DNA of 64,000 nucleotides from Candidatus Latescibacterota bacterium (GTDB taxonomy: Bacteria > Latescibacterota > UBA2968 > UBA8231), in the NCBI GenBank assembly GCA_965243025.1, contig CBDETY010000003.1:2976001-3040000 (forward strand), given 5' to 3'. Positions 50,877 through 60,823 of the stretch are shown piece after piece (position 1 is the first letter of the stretch; every line of letters begins with the position of its first letter). The notes below the pieces were generated by a model that ran no database searches, was not told the origin of the DNA, and saw nothing but the letters and a program-made list of their open reading frames with translations. The translations under genes and the position numbers were made by a program.

Positions 50877-51845
50877 ATGCGCAACTCCTTGTTTTTTCTC
50901 GCTGTTGCAGTTTTCGTCGTCGCAGATGTCAAGGCATCTCAAAAAGCAGTAGTAGGCGTAACCGAAGTCCAGACAGCTGCTCAAAATATCAGCTGTGCGG
51001 GATGGGCAGCTGTGTATCGGGCAGACTGCAATGCCTACTTGTCCAGCGGGTTTCGTACCATGTTGGAAACGGCGATATTCAAGACTGGCAAGATGGGCGT
51101 GCTGGAGCGTGCCAGAATGGATGTGTATGAAGAGAGAATGTTAGGCCAGACCGGCCTGACAGATGCCGGAGGCCAGGTTGGCGGCACAATGGGAGCAGAT
51201 TACCTGGTGTATGGGTCCATCACCAAGTTCGGAAGCAAGCGCGGCGGGTTCGCCCTGAAGACTGATGACAAAAAGAAGAAAAAGGGCCTTCTTGGGTCAG
51301 GTATCGCCAGCAGCACCGTAACTGTCGAGATGGGCGTAGACATCAAGGTGACCGATGTAGAAACCGGTCAAATCGTTATTGCGGATCATGTTCAAGGGAA
51401 GGTCAAGCAAGGACAGGGCCTGGTCATTGGAGGCATCACATCCGTTGACAAAAGTGCCGATCCATTTGCTGATGTTCAGAGAGTAGTTGCTGCAAAAATC
51501 TCCGAGGCCATCGTAACCTATCGCTTCCCCATCAAGGTGATAAAGGTCCAGAATGACGGTCTCTTGGTGTTGAATTATGGCGAGATCTTTTTCTCGGAAG
51601 GAGACAGGCTCGCCATGTATGAAGTAGGTGAAGCATTTGTCGATCCAGATACTGGAGAAACACTGGGAGCAGAAGAGACTTTATTGGGAACTGCTAAAGT
51701 AGTCGATGTGGACAAGCGGTTTGCGAAGGCCGAGATCACGGGGGAGAAGTTCGATGCTTCGGTTGGGAGCATTATGAAGCGAATATCGAAAAAAGAAGCA
51801 AAGGAGATAAATAAGCGGAAGCGGTCAGGGTCCAAGCTTAATTAG
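50877..51845 (+). CDS. CsgG/HfaB-family protein with C-terminal extension
   Basis: Signal peptide; MLETAIFKTGKMGVLER, GADYLVYGSITKF, VDIKVTDVETGQI, VDPDTGETLG. Confidence 0.85.
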   Translation: MRNSLFFLAVAVFVVADVKASQKAVVGVTEVQTAAQNISCAGWAAVYRADCNAYLSSGFRTMLETAIFKTGKMGVLERARMDVYEERMLGQTGLTDAGGQVGGTMGADYLVYGSITKFGSKRGGFALKTDDKKKKKGLLGSGIASSTVTVEMGVDIKVTDVETGQIVIADHVQGKVKQGQGLVIGGITSVDKSADPFADVQRVVAAKISEAIVTYRFPIKVIKVQNDGLLVLNYGEIFFSEGDRLAMYEVGEAFVDPDTGETLGAEETLLGTAKVVDVDKRFAKAEITGEKFDASVGSIMKRISKKEAKEINKRKRSGSKLN

Positions 51846-52023
51846 GCATGGGAGGCGACAAAGAAGTGCTGGCAATTATTCCCTGACACTCGCCCTTCTG
51901 TTCGGGGATAGGACCTGATTGTGAGCCCGCAGCGAGATCCTGCCGTTACTTGCTGCGGCCCCTGATTGAAGTCGTTCCCCTCGAATCCCCAAAGGATGGA
52001 CTCTTGAGGCAGGGCAGCGCGTA

Positions 52024-52893
52024 ATGACTGTTAATACTCTCAATTTCCATCCGTGGATAGTGCGACGGACCCATCTTTATGAGTACTTCTCCCGTAGTTG
52101 GGGAATGTTTGCAGCTGCAGAGTCGTCAAAGAATTCTGCGACAGCTGCTATGTTGGTGGGATTGAGTTTCGAGTTGGCCCTGAAGACTCTACTTGTCATT
52201 TGCACGCCAAGGACAGAGTTCCCACCGAATACTCACAGAATCTCTGGGTGTTTGGGCGAGATTCCACAATTGAAGAAACTCCTACAAGACCTTTGGGGAG
52301 AGGATCTTGATTTTGTAGTCCAATTTGTGGACGAGGACATAAACAGTTCCCAGATTCGGTACGGTGCTGCCGGAAGCAAGCGAGATAAGGAGACGCGCTT
52401 GGTTGCTGCAACCTTTGCGGAGAAGCCCTCTTACTGGGCTGATTCAGTCAGAGAATTGTATGAAGAACTGATGGGGAGTATTGGTGCAGCCATTTGGGAG
52501 AACTATCCCAAGACGGATAAGAACGGTAAGGAATTCCATAGAAGATTTGAGATCAGTCCGGCTCTTAAGCCGGGCATTGCCGTTCCTCCGGACATGTACC
52601 CAGGAATTGGCCGGGAGGTCTTCGGATATTTTGTGGGGGCAAAGAGGCGTGGCATTGATACAGAATCTGGCGCGATCATTCCTATGGAGGGACGTTCGGA
52701 GGAAGGTGAATTTTGGGTGAGAATTCGTATAGAGAAAGATACTGCTGTGGACCAAAAACTGACGCAGATCAAAGGTAAGGGCCTGCGCCTAGAAGGCCAA
52801 TGCAGGTGGGTAGGGCAACCGGTTGATGGAGTGTCACTTCATGTATTCCAAATGAGATCAATCTTGTCTCAAATTCGAGGGACGGACCCTTGA
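52024..52893 (+). CDS. Hypothetical protein with HEPN-like N-terminal domain
   Basis: SFELALKTLL...THRI...IRY pattern; reduced GC. Confidence 0.55.
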   Translation: MTVNTLNFHPWIVRRTHLYEYFSRSWGMFAAAESSKNSATAAMLVGLSFELALKTLLVICTPRTEFPPNTHRISGCLGEIPQLKKLLQDLWGEDLDFVVQFVDEDINSSQIRYGAAGSKRDKETRLVAATFAEKPSYWADSVRELYEELMGSIGAAIWENYPKTDKNGKEFHRRFEISPALKPGIAVPPDMYPGIGREVFGYFVGAKRRGIDTESGAIIPMEGRSEEGEFWVRIRIEKDTAVDQKLTQIKGKGLRLEGQCRWVGQPVDGVSLHVFQMRSILSQIRGTDP

Positions 52894-53069
52894 AGCATTT
52901 TTGCGCCAGCATGGAGCAAAGTAGCTGTTGCTTTTCGGACGCGGACCTTACCAAGCTGGCAGGCTTCTTTCGATACCTCCGCTGAGGATCGGAGAACGGG
53001 CTATATCCGTGCCCGAACCGCCACCGGTTGGGCGAAGGCGCCTCAGCGCCGAAGCCGGGCACGGACATG

Positions 53070-53500
53070 TTAGCAGCCGGTGCTTTGTTGGTTCGCCTGA
53101 AAAAACCTCTGCATCACTTCCAAACATTCACTCCAATGATCCCTGAACCGTTCGTGGACCTCCAGAATCCAGAGACCTTCGTAATCTTTCAGGTGGCATC
53201 GCGTCAGAATAGGGAACCTTACCCCATCCGAGAGGCAAGTGCAGATCGGTTTCGCCATACATGATGCGAACCGGAAAGGCATTCGGATGCCCCTCTACAC
53301 CAAGATTGTCATTGACGTGGATGTGCCCGACCCAGGGCGCAGCGAAAGCGACTTCTTCGAGATAGTCGTGCCCCAGCGATTGGTCAGCCAGAAACAGGTG
53401 CCCGAGATCAAGAGCCAAGCGAACGCTCTTCGAGTCAACGGCATCTACCTGTTGGGACTACATCGCGAATCCCGCTACCGGTGTTTTCGACACCGATCAT
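53070..53500 (-). pseudogene. Sugar phosphate isomerase/epimerase (xylose-isomerase-like TIM barrel) fragment
   Basis: LDLGH, HIHVNDN, DLHLPLGWGKVP, then YEGLWILEV in another frame; N-terminus decayed. Confidence 0.75.
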
Positions 53501-53674
53501 AATTCCGTGGTCTTCTGCATAGGTGGCCAGCTTTTGAAGAGCTTCTACCTCCTGTTTTCGGCTGCGGGAACGTTAACAGAAAGAACGCGCCAAAGTCAAA
53601 AGCAAAACCGCCGGCCGTAGAGGCCGCCAAGAAAATCTTTGAAACGCTTCTTTTGCCTGATGGATTTGTTCTAT

Positions 53675-53748
53675 AGCCAACGAGCTATACGGAGTTATTT
53701 ACCACGACTGAGATATTGTGAGATTTTCCGTATAAGCAAGAGTTACCC
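53675..53748 (+). other. Degenerate attC-like recombination site
   Basis: AGCCAAC...TATACGGA / TCCGTATA...GTTACCC inverted repeat; left arm is shorter than canonical. Confidence 0.55.
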
Positions 53749-53769
53749 TCGCTCCATAAAGAGTTACAA

Positions 53770-54243
53770 ATGGCGACTATTCGAAAAGCTCATCCAGAAG
53801 ATGCGGAGGAAATATCCCGGGTTCATGAAAGTTCGATTAGAACTCATGGCCCACAGAGTTACGCTCCCGAAGTTGTCGAAGGATGGGCCGGTGGCATATC
53901 CCCTGCGCGACATCGTGAGGTGATTTCATCAAGGGAAGGTATGTTTGTAGCTGAAATTGACGGGCGGATCATAGGCTTTGGTAGCGTGATCGTTGCGGAC
54001 GGTGAGATTGGTGCTGTTTATGTCGATCCCGAATTTACCCGACAGGGGGTAGGCCAAGCGATTCTCGAACGTCTGGAAGATGTCGCTCGACAGGCAGGTC
54101 TGACTAACATCAAAGTAGGCTCCTCGCTAGTTGCGCTGAGGTTTTACGAACAGAATGGCTACTCTCAAGCGGAGGCGTTCATTCACACTTCGCAGAGAAC
54201 TGGAGTCGACATTCCCTGTGTGTGGATGTCGAAAGAACTGTAG
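53770..54243 (+). CDS. GNAT-family acetyltransferase in an integron-type cassette
   Basis: IRKAHPED, VYVDPEFTRQGVG, ALRFYEQNGY. Confidence 0.9.
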   Translation: MATIRKAHPEDAEEISRVHESSIRTHGPQSYAPEVVEGWAGGISPARHREVISSREGMFVAEIDGRIIGFGSVIVADGEIGAVYVDPEFTRQGVGQAILERLEDVARQAGLTNIKVGSSLVALRFYEQNGYSQAEAFIHTSQRTGVDIPCVWMSKEL

Positions 54244-54256
54244 TGGAAACGAGCGA

Positions 54257-54369
54257 GGGTAACAAACGGCTGCAATGGACGGCGAACCTGTGGCAATACT
54301 TGGGGGGTTTATGGTAATATTCGGAAGGCCCTTGGCAATTCGTGCCGCCATTGAGCCTTGCCGTTAAAC
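54257..54369 (+). other. Integron attC site (113 bp)
   Basis: R'' GGGTAAC, 5 bp, L'' GCTGCAAT ... L' ATTGAGC, 6 bp, R' GTTAAAC; arms GGCT[G]CAATGG[A]CGGC / GCCGCCATTGAGCC with two unpaired bases. Confidence 0.88.
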
Positions 54370-54427
54370 TGCAAGTGAAGACAAAGAAAGTGATGGTGTT
54401 CCCGCCCTTCTTCTGGCTGATTTCTAA

Positions 54428-55404
54428 CCTGAATTATTCATAAAAAAGGCGATGTCCCCTATATAAATGGTTGTTTATCCCTAAGTTAGGGGTAGACCAA
54501 ACAACAAACCATTTGGAGAGGACACCGCGATGGAAAATTGGCATCACACTCTGTCGTTTGCAAGGGTTTCGGGCAAGAAAGTTGAAGCCGATTTCGATGG
54601 GGGCTGTACTACCCACGATGGGGGCCTGCTGCTGCTGAGAAAGGCTGAAGCCCACACCGGCGTCCTTAAGCGTATGGTGGCGGCGTTGCCGGATCGGCGA
54701 CATCCCAGTTACATCGACCATAGCAGCGAGGACCTTCTGCGGCAGTGCGTCTTTCAGATCGCCTGCGGCTATGAAGACGCCAATGACAGCGACGATCTGC
54801 GCTGTGATCCGGGGCTGAAAGCCGCCTGCGAGCGGGCGCCGTTGACGGGTCCGGATCTGGCCAGTCAGCCGACCCTGTCTCGTTTGGAGAACCGAGTCAG
54901 CCGCAGCGATCTCTACCGCCTTGCACGCTCGTTGCTTGACACGTTTATCGCTTCCTACGAGAAGCCGCCGAAGAAGATCATCGTCGACATCGATGACACT
55001 GAGGATATCACCCATGGGGCGCAGCAACTGACGTTGTTCAACGCCTATCATAAAGAATACTGCTACATGCCCGTGCACCTCTACGAAGGGCATTCGGGGC
55101 GCTTGATTACGGCGTTCTGCGCCGGGGTCGTCGCATCAAGGGCGGCGAAGCGGCGGCGATTCTGCGGCGTGTTTTCGCGGCGATTGTCACGGCTTGGCCC
55201 AAGGTGCAGATCACGTTGCGGGGGGACTCTCACTTCAGCACCCCGGAGGTTCACGAGGGGTGCGAAGAGTATGCCCTGACGTTTATCTTGGGCCAGGCAC
55301 CCAACTCCAAGCTGCACGAACTCGGGGCGCCGCTGATGGAGCAGGCGCGGGCGCAGGCGGAAAAGCGCGGCAAAGAGGAATCGGTGCGGCTCTTTACCAG
55401 TTTC
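54428..55404 (+). mobile_element. IS1380-family element, frameshifted and 3'-truncated by IS3
   Basis: Transposase from 54530: DFDGGCTTHDGGLLLLR, GYEDAND, LASQPTLSRLEN, DIDDT, HGAQQ; LRGDSHF follows a frameshift near 55117; left end placed at CCTGAATT. Confidence 0.88.
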
Positions 55405-55623
55405 TGGAGTTGACCCGATTTCGTGGACACTTCATTTCTTGAAGAGAGAAAGGAGGGTGTCCAACCATGCCGAAATCCCATTCCCCTTATCCGCCCGAAT
55501 TCCGGCAACAGATGGTGGAGCTGGTACGGGCGGGTCGTAGCCCGGAGTCGCTGGCCAAGGAATTCGAGCCGTCCGGGCAGACGATCCGCAACTGGGTGAT
55601 CGTCCGGAGCAGGAGGAATTGCG
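55405..55623 (+). mobile_element. IS3 left-end fragment with internal deletion
   Basis: Same IRL and orfA start as the other copies; ~40 bp missing after NWVI. Confidence 0.9.
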
Positions 55624-55629
55624 CGCACC

Positions 55630-56664
55630 CCCTCACTGGACTGGCTGGAAGGGTGGCTGGGGGACTTCAAGGGGGCCGTGATTCTGGTATCTCACGACCG
55701 TCATTTTCTGGATCGGGTGGTGAACCGGGTGGTGGAGATCGAGAATTACCGGTTGCAAAACTACCAAGGCGGGTTCGTAGAATTCGTGCGAAAAAAACAG
55801 GTCCGGATCAGGCAGTTGGAACGACAGTTCCAACATGAAGAAGAGAGTTATTGGCGTACGAGGCGGAAGCAATTCGCGACCGGAAAGAGGCGGCCAAGAA
55901 TCCGAGAAAGGCACTCAAGCGCCGGCTGCCCAATATCGGGAAAAAGATTGCTCCCCGAAGAGTGGACAAAATTGTTACGGCCCTTTACGGCGGCGTCCCC
56001 GTGGCAGATGAACTGTGCGAGGTGAAGCAGATCTCCAAGGTCTACGGAGGGCAAGTGCTGTTTCAGGATCTGGATTTCAAGATTTGTCGGGGGGATCGAT
56101 TAGCGGTGGTAGGGCGCAATGGTTGCGAAAAAACGACGCTGCTGAAGGTGCTGGGGGAAGATGTCCCTCCTGATGCGGGGCAGGTAGTGTGGAAGTATGG
56201 GAATGCGTATGCAAATTTAAACGACGTGCTCCAGGGGCTGGATCCGGACGATACGGTGACCCATAGAGTGAATACTGCTGGGCTGGCAAATGATGCGCCT
56301 CGAAGACAGGTGAACAGGTTTCTGCAGTTGTTGCAGTTTGCGGAGATGGATCTGAACCAGCGGATCGGAACGCTCTCGGGAGGACAGAAAGCACGGGTAG
56401 CCCTAGCTCTGTCCCTGCTTTCAGGAGCGTCGGTTGTGCTCCTGGATGAGCCGACAAATCACCTGGACATCGTGTGTACGCAAGTGATGGAACGAGCGCT
56501 GATCGACTTTCCTGGGGCGATTCGTGGTGGTGAGCCACGACCGATTTTTCATCGACAAGGCCGCCAACCGCCTGCTTGTGTTTGCCGGCGATGGAAAGGT
56601 GTCAATCCGCAACGGAAACTGGACGATCTGGCAGGCGAGCCGAATGCAGGGAAAAAGGAAATGA
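55630..56664 (+). pseudogene. ABC-F family ATPase, 5'-truncated, two frameshifts
   Basis: WLEGWL..FKGAVILVSHDRHFLD; GRNGCEKTT (degenerate Walker A); LSGGQKARV; LLDEPTNHLD; second VSHDR is out of frame. Confidence 0.85.
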
Positions 56665-56870
56665 CTCGGACAGGAAGTGATGTTCTCGAGAGGGGGGCTT
56701 TCGCGCCCTATCTTCGGTTAACCGTGCCCGTACACACTGGCACTTGGTATCTTGAGTTCCTAAACATTCAAGAGGCTTTACCGAACCATCGCGACCTTTG
56801 AGGCCACCCGATTTTTAACGGACGGTTTTTCGTATGGACCCTGCATTGAACCCGTGTATGGAGGCATCAG

Positions 56871-57683
56871 ATGCCTACACGCCACATTGAGGCAATCACG
56901 ATCAACCAGGACACACCCTGTTTTGTTGAGCTTTTGCTGAGATCGCTGTACGCGACACATAGGGATCTTGAGGGAATCCGCCTGACGATTCTGGACAACA
57001 ATTCAACCGACAAGATGCAGCATTTGACGGCTTTCGCTGAGGATAAGAAGATCCCAATCGTACAAACAAAGTGGGACCGCAACACCCCTGGCAACAATCA
57101 CGGTGAGAATCTCCGCGATTTTGTTCTTTCCTACCCGGACTGTGATTATTTCCTCTTTTTGGACGCCGATATTGTTTTTGTCCAGGATGAGACTGTGACA
57201 ACGATGGCAAATGAGTTAGCCGAGACGGGAGACGATGTGTGGGCTATTCAGGCGAGATTCACAGAAGACGGAGAGACTGAAGTGCCGTGGGGTTCTCTTG
57301 ACGAGGGTGGCGCAAGAAAATTCATCAACATCATGATGGAGGACGATATTGAAGACGTTCAACCCGGGAAGGCTCTTGAGCACCTTCCCATGCCCGCCGT
57401 TCTCGGTGACCGTATCCACCCGTCGTGCTGTCTAATCAAGAACACAGAAGCCTTCTTGCTGACCGCTCGGGAGATTGGGTTTTCATGTGTCGACTTCGAG
57501 GCAAGCGGAGGAGGAAAAGTGTACGACACGATGGGACTGGCGACCCAGGTTATGAAGACTCATGGGCTGCGCTTTATCCTCTCCTCCAAGATGGTGAAGC
57601 ACTTTTGGGGCGTCGCACGTAAGCAGCGCATCGCGGATAAGGATGCGGCGTGTGAGAGGCTGCTTTTGGAGTATCGAACATGA
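56871..57683 (+). CDS. GT-A fold (family 2-like) glycosyltransferase
   Basis: GGAGG RBS; ILDNNSTD and FLFLDADI (DxD). Confidence 0.7.
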   Translation: MPTRHIEAITINQDTPCFVELLLRSLYATHRDLEGIRLTILDNNSTDKMQHLTAFAEDKKIPIVQTKWDRNTPGNNHGENLRDFVLSYPDCDYFLFLDADIVFVQDETVTTMANELAETGDDVWAIQARFTEDGETEVPWGSLDEGGARKFINIMMEDDIEDVQPGKALEHLPMPAVLGDRIHPSCCLIKNTEAFLLTAREIGFSCVDFEASGGGKVYDTMGLATQVMKTHGLRFILSSKMVKHFWGVARKQRIADKDAACERLLLEYRT

Positions 57684-58201
57684 GGGACGCTGACTCGCAT
57701 TCGGGGATAGTACCTCTGAGTCGGTAAAAGTGGGTATTTCTGGGCTGAGATGTAATACAGCATGGAACATAACACGCCCGACTTGGGCTAAGCCCAATTT
57801 AGGGTATTGGGGATTGGCAAGACACCATGAAGCAGATCAGAATCGGCCTTATAGGAGTGGGACGTTTCTGTTCTGATTACCACCTTCCGAATCTCCTCCA
57901 TCGGGGGGACGTGGAGATAACAGCAGTCTGTGACATCTCACAGGATCGGTTGGACAACCTGCCCCGGAGCTTGAGCGCAAGCCGGACCAGTTTAGATTAC
58001 CGCGACGTGCTCGACTCTGATCTCTTGGACGGTGTCGTCGTCAGCACTCCAAATCAATACCACTTTGAACAATGCAAGCTGGCGTTGGAACGGCATATCC
58101 CCGTTCTCGTGGACAAGCCAACGACAGTAACAGTGGCACAGGCCGAAGGATTGACCGCTCTCAGCCAGTCACAAAAATGTCTCTTCATGGAGCTACTGAG
58201 G

Positions 58202-59086
58202 TTACCCCGATTTCACGGACAGTTTTCCGTTTGGATTTATACCCCTTGATAAATGATACCTCTCGTAGTTGATGGGAGATCGTTGTCCCAGGGCCGAGTG
58301 CCGCCGATGGGGGTTGTACCAGCCTTCCAGGTATTCGAAAACCGTACGCTGGGCTTGCGACTGGGTAGCAAACCGATGACGATCCAGCAGCTCCCTTTCC
58401 AAGGTGGCGAAAAAGCTTTCGCACAGAGCATTGTCGAAGCAGTCACCGACCGATCCCATCGACGGACGTACCCCGGCCTGGCGACAGCGCTTCCCGAAGG
58501 CCAGGGCCGTATACTGACTGCCGTGGTCGGAGTGGTGAATCACTTTCTTGGGACGGCGCCGGTGCAGGGCCATGTCAAGGGCGTCCAGCACCAACTGCGT
58601 ACGCATATGGTTCGCCATGGCCCAGCCCACCACTCGGCGGCTCCAGGCGTCCATGACCACGCTCAGATACAAAAACCCCGACCTCGTGGGAATGTAGGTG
58701 AGATCGGCAACCCACAGGCGATTCGGGCCGGAGACCGAAAACACCCGCTTGACCAGGTCGGAGGCGACCCGGCCCTGCCGGCCGCGACGGGTGGTGGAGA
58801 GGCGGCGGCGGGCGCATACCCCGCGCACCCCGAGCTCAAGCATCAATCGGGCGATGCGCTTGCGACCGATGGCTTGGCCCTCCTCGGCCAGTTCGGCCCG
58901 GATCCTCGGCGCTCCATAAGTGCCCCGGGAGTGTTGGTGGATCTGCTCGACACGTGCCTTGAGCACGGCATCGGCCCGGGCGCGACCCGAAGGCGGGCGT
59001 TTCAACCAGGCGTAGTAGCCGCTGGGGGAGACCTTCAGCACGCGGCACATCGTCAGCACCGGAAAGTCGGCCTGGTGCGCTCTCAT
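58202..59086 (-). CDS. IS3 transposase OrfB
   Basis: YGAPRI, WVADLT, HHSDHGSQY, DNALCESFF, WYNPHRRHS. Confidence 0.95.
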   Translation of the reverse strand: MRAHQADFPVLTMCRVLKVSPSGYYAWLKRPPSGRARADAVLKARVEQIHQHSRGTYGAPRIRAELAEEGQAIGRKRIARLMLELGVRGVCARRRLSTTRRGRQGRVASDLVKRVFSVSGPNRLWVADLTYIPTRSGFLYLSVVMDAWSRRVVGWAMANHMRTQLVLDALDMALHRRRPKKVIHHSDHGSQYTALAFGKRCRQAGVRPSMGSVGDCFDNALCESFFATLERELLDRHRFATQSQAQRTVFEYLEGWYNPHRRHSALGQRSPINYERYHLSRGINPNGKLSVKSG

Positions 59087-59397
59087 GAACTCGTAGACGG
59101 GCCGGACTCCGAGTCGGCCTCGCGAGCGAACCAGGCCGTGGCTTTTGCCAGGATCTCCCGTTCGATACGCAGTTGCTTGTTCTCACGGCGAAGGCGCCGC
59201 AATTCCTCCTGCTCCGGACGGGAGGGGCCGTCGCGGCGCACCCCCTCATCGCGTTCGGCCTGGATCACCCAGTTGCGGATCGTCTGCCCGGACGGCTCGA
59301 ATTCCTTGGCCAGCGACTCCGGACTACGACCCGCCCGTACCAGTTCCACCATCTGTTGCCGGAATTCGGGCGGATAAGGGGAATGGGATTTCGGCAT
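59083..59397 (-). CDS. IS3 transposase OrfA
   Basis: YPPEFRQQMV HTH; ELRRLRRENKQLRIEREIL zipper; ATGA overlap with orfB. Confidence 0.93.
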   Translation of the reverse strand: MPKSHSPYPPEFRQQMVELVRAGRSPESLAKEFEPSGQTIRNWVIQAERDEGVRRDGPSRPEQEELRRLRRENKQLRIEREILAKATAWFAREADSESGPSTSS

Positions 59398-59563
59398 GGT
59401 TGGACACCCTCCTTTCTTTCAAGAAATGAAGTGTCCACGAAATCGGGTCAACTCCATACCTTCAAAAGGTGTGGAAATAGAGAAAAGGCGACCCTAACCT
59501 TCCATTAGACAGTTTCCACAAACCGCCCGGTAGCCAGCCGGGCAACGGAAGGAGAGAGTCGCC

Positions 59564-60823
59564 ATGAGAGAATCTACCCTCGAATCTGTAGCCCCGTCCA
59601 TGCCCACGTTCGCCACGTTGGAAAGCTGGGCCCGATCCTCGATCCAGGATTTGTTGCAGCGGGTTCTGGAGGAGGAGGTGACGGAGTTTCTGGGACGGAC
59701 GCGCTACCAGCGACGGACCGCCGTAGACGCCACCCCCGGCTCCCGCAACGGACACGGCAAACCGCGACAGGTGTCGCTGATGTCGGGCACCATCCAGGTG
59801 AGACGGCCGCGCGTTCGGGGACTGGAAGAGCGCTTTGAGAGTCGAATTCTGCCGCTGTTCCTGCGCCGCACCCACGAGGTGACCCGGATGCTGCCCGAGC
59901 TTTACCTGCACGGGCTGTCTCAGGGGGACTTCGAACTGGCTTTGCGGGGGCTTTTGGGCAACGGCGCTCCCCTGTCGGCTTCGTCCATTGGCCGCCTGCG
60001 GGCGCAGTGGGAGGAGGAGCTGGAGACCTGGCGGGAGCGCCGTCTCGACGACCGCGAGCTGGTGTATGCATGGGCGGATGGCATCTACGTCAAGGCCGGG
60101 CTGGAGAAGGACAAGGCGGCTCTGCTGGTCGTCATCGGCGCCATGAGCGACGGTCGCAAGGAGGTACTGGCCGTGTGGCCCGGCTACCGCGAGTCGACGG
60201 CGTCCTGGCTGAAGGTCCTGCGCGACCTGCGCGATCGGGGTCTGCGGGCCCCGCGGCTGTTGATGGCCGACGGGGGTCTGCCTATCTGGAGCGCCACCGA
60301 GCAGGTGTGGCCGCAGGCGTCGCATCAGCGCTGCTGGAATCACAAGATCCTCAACGTGCTCGATGACCTGCCGAAAAAGGTTCAGGGAAAAGCGCGGGCG
60401 TTGTTGACGCAGATCCCTTCGGCGGAGACGCGCCAAGAGGCGCAGAAACGACGGGCAACCTTTGCCCGCCGCTACCGCGACCGGTATCCGCAGGCGGTAG
60501 CCACCCTCGAACGCGACTGGGAGCGCATGGTCACCTTCTACGAGTTTCCCAGGGAGCACTGGAAGCACCTGCGCACAACCAATCCGGTCGAGAGCCCCTT
60601 TGCTTCGGTGCGTCTGCGCACCAACGCCGGCAAGCGCTACAAGCGGGTTCAGGGAGCGACCGCTCTGATTTGGCGCGTGTTGATGGTGGCAGAAAAACGC
60701 TTTCGAAAACTCAATGCGCCCGAATTACTGCCCCTCGTCTACGCCGGACAACAATACCAGGATGGGAAGCCCATCAAGAACGAAAAGACATCCACCAGGA
60801 GAAGGTTGAAACGGGCCGCCTGA
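59564..60823 (+). CDS. IS256 (Mutator-type) transposase
   Basis: RNGH, RRPRVR, LYLHGLS, WADG, GYRES, QRCWNHK, LRTTNPVES. Confidence 0.95.
   Translation: MRESTLESVAPSMPTFATLESWARSSIQDLLQRVLEEEVTEFLGRTRYQRRTAVDATPGSRNGHGKPRQVSLMSGTIQVRRPRVRGLEERFESRILPLFLRRTHEVTRMLPELYLHGLSQGDFELALRGLLGNGAPLSASSIGRLRAQWEEELETWRERRLDDRELVYAWADGIYVKAGLEKDKAALLVVIGAMSDGRKEVLAVWPGYRESTASWLKVLRDLRDRGLRAPRLLMADGGLPIWSATEQVWPQASHQRCWNHKILNVLDDLPKKVQGKARALLTQIPSAETRQEAQKRRATFARRYRDRYPQAVATLERDWERMVTFYEFPREHWKHLRTTNPVESPFASVRLRTNAGKRYKRVQGATALIWRVLMVAEKRFRKLNAPELLPLVYAGQQYQDGKPIKNEKTSTRRRLKRAA

Larger units (their letters stand above)
58197..59456 (-). mobile_element. Complete IS3-family element, 1260 bp
   Basis: TG...CA ends with imperfect IRs; 3-bp TSD TAC (58194-58196, 59457-59459). 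Confidence 0.95.

Noticed and set aside
36166-59456. Composite transposon bounded by inverted IS3 copies
   Set aside because: Outer flanks (GGT versus TAC) do not match, and the right copy has its own TSD
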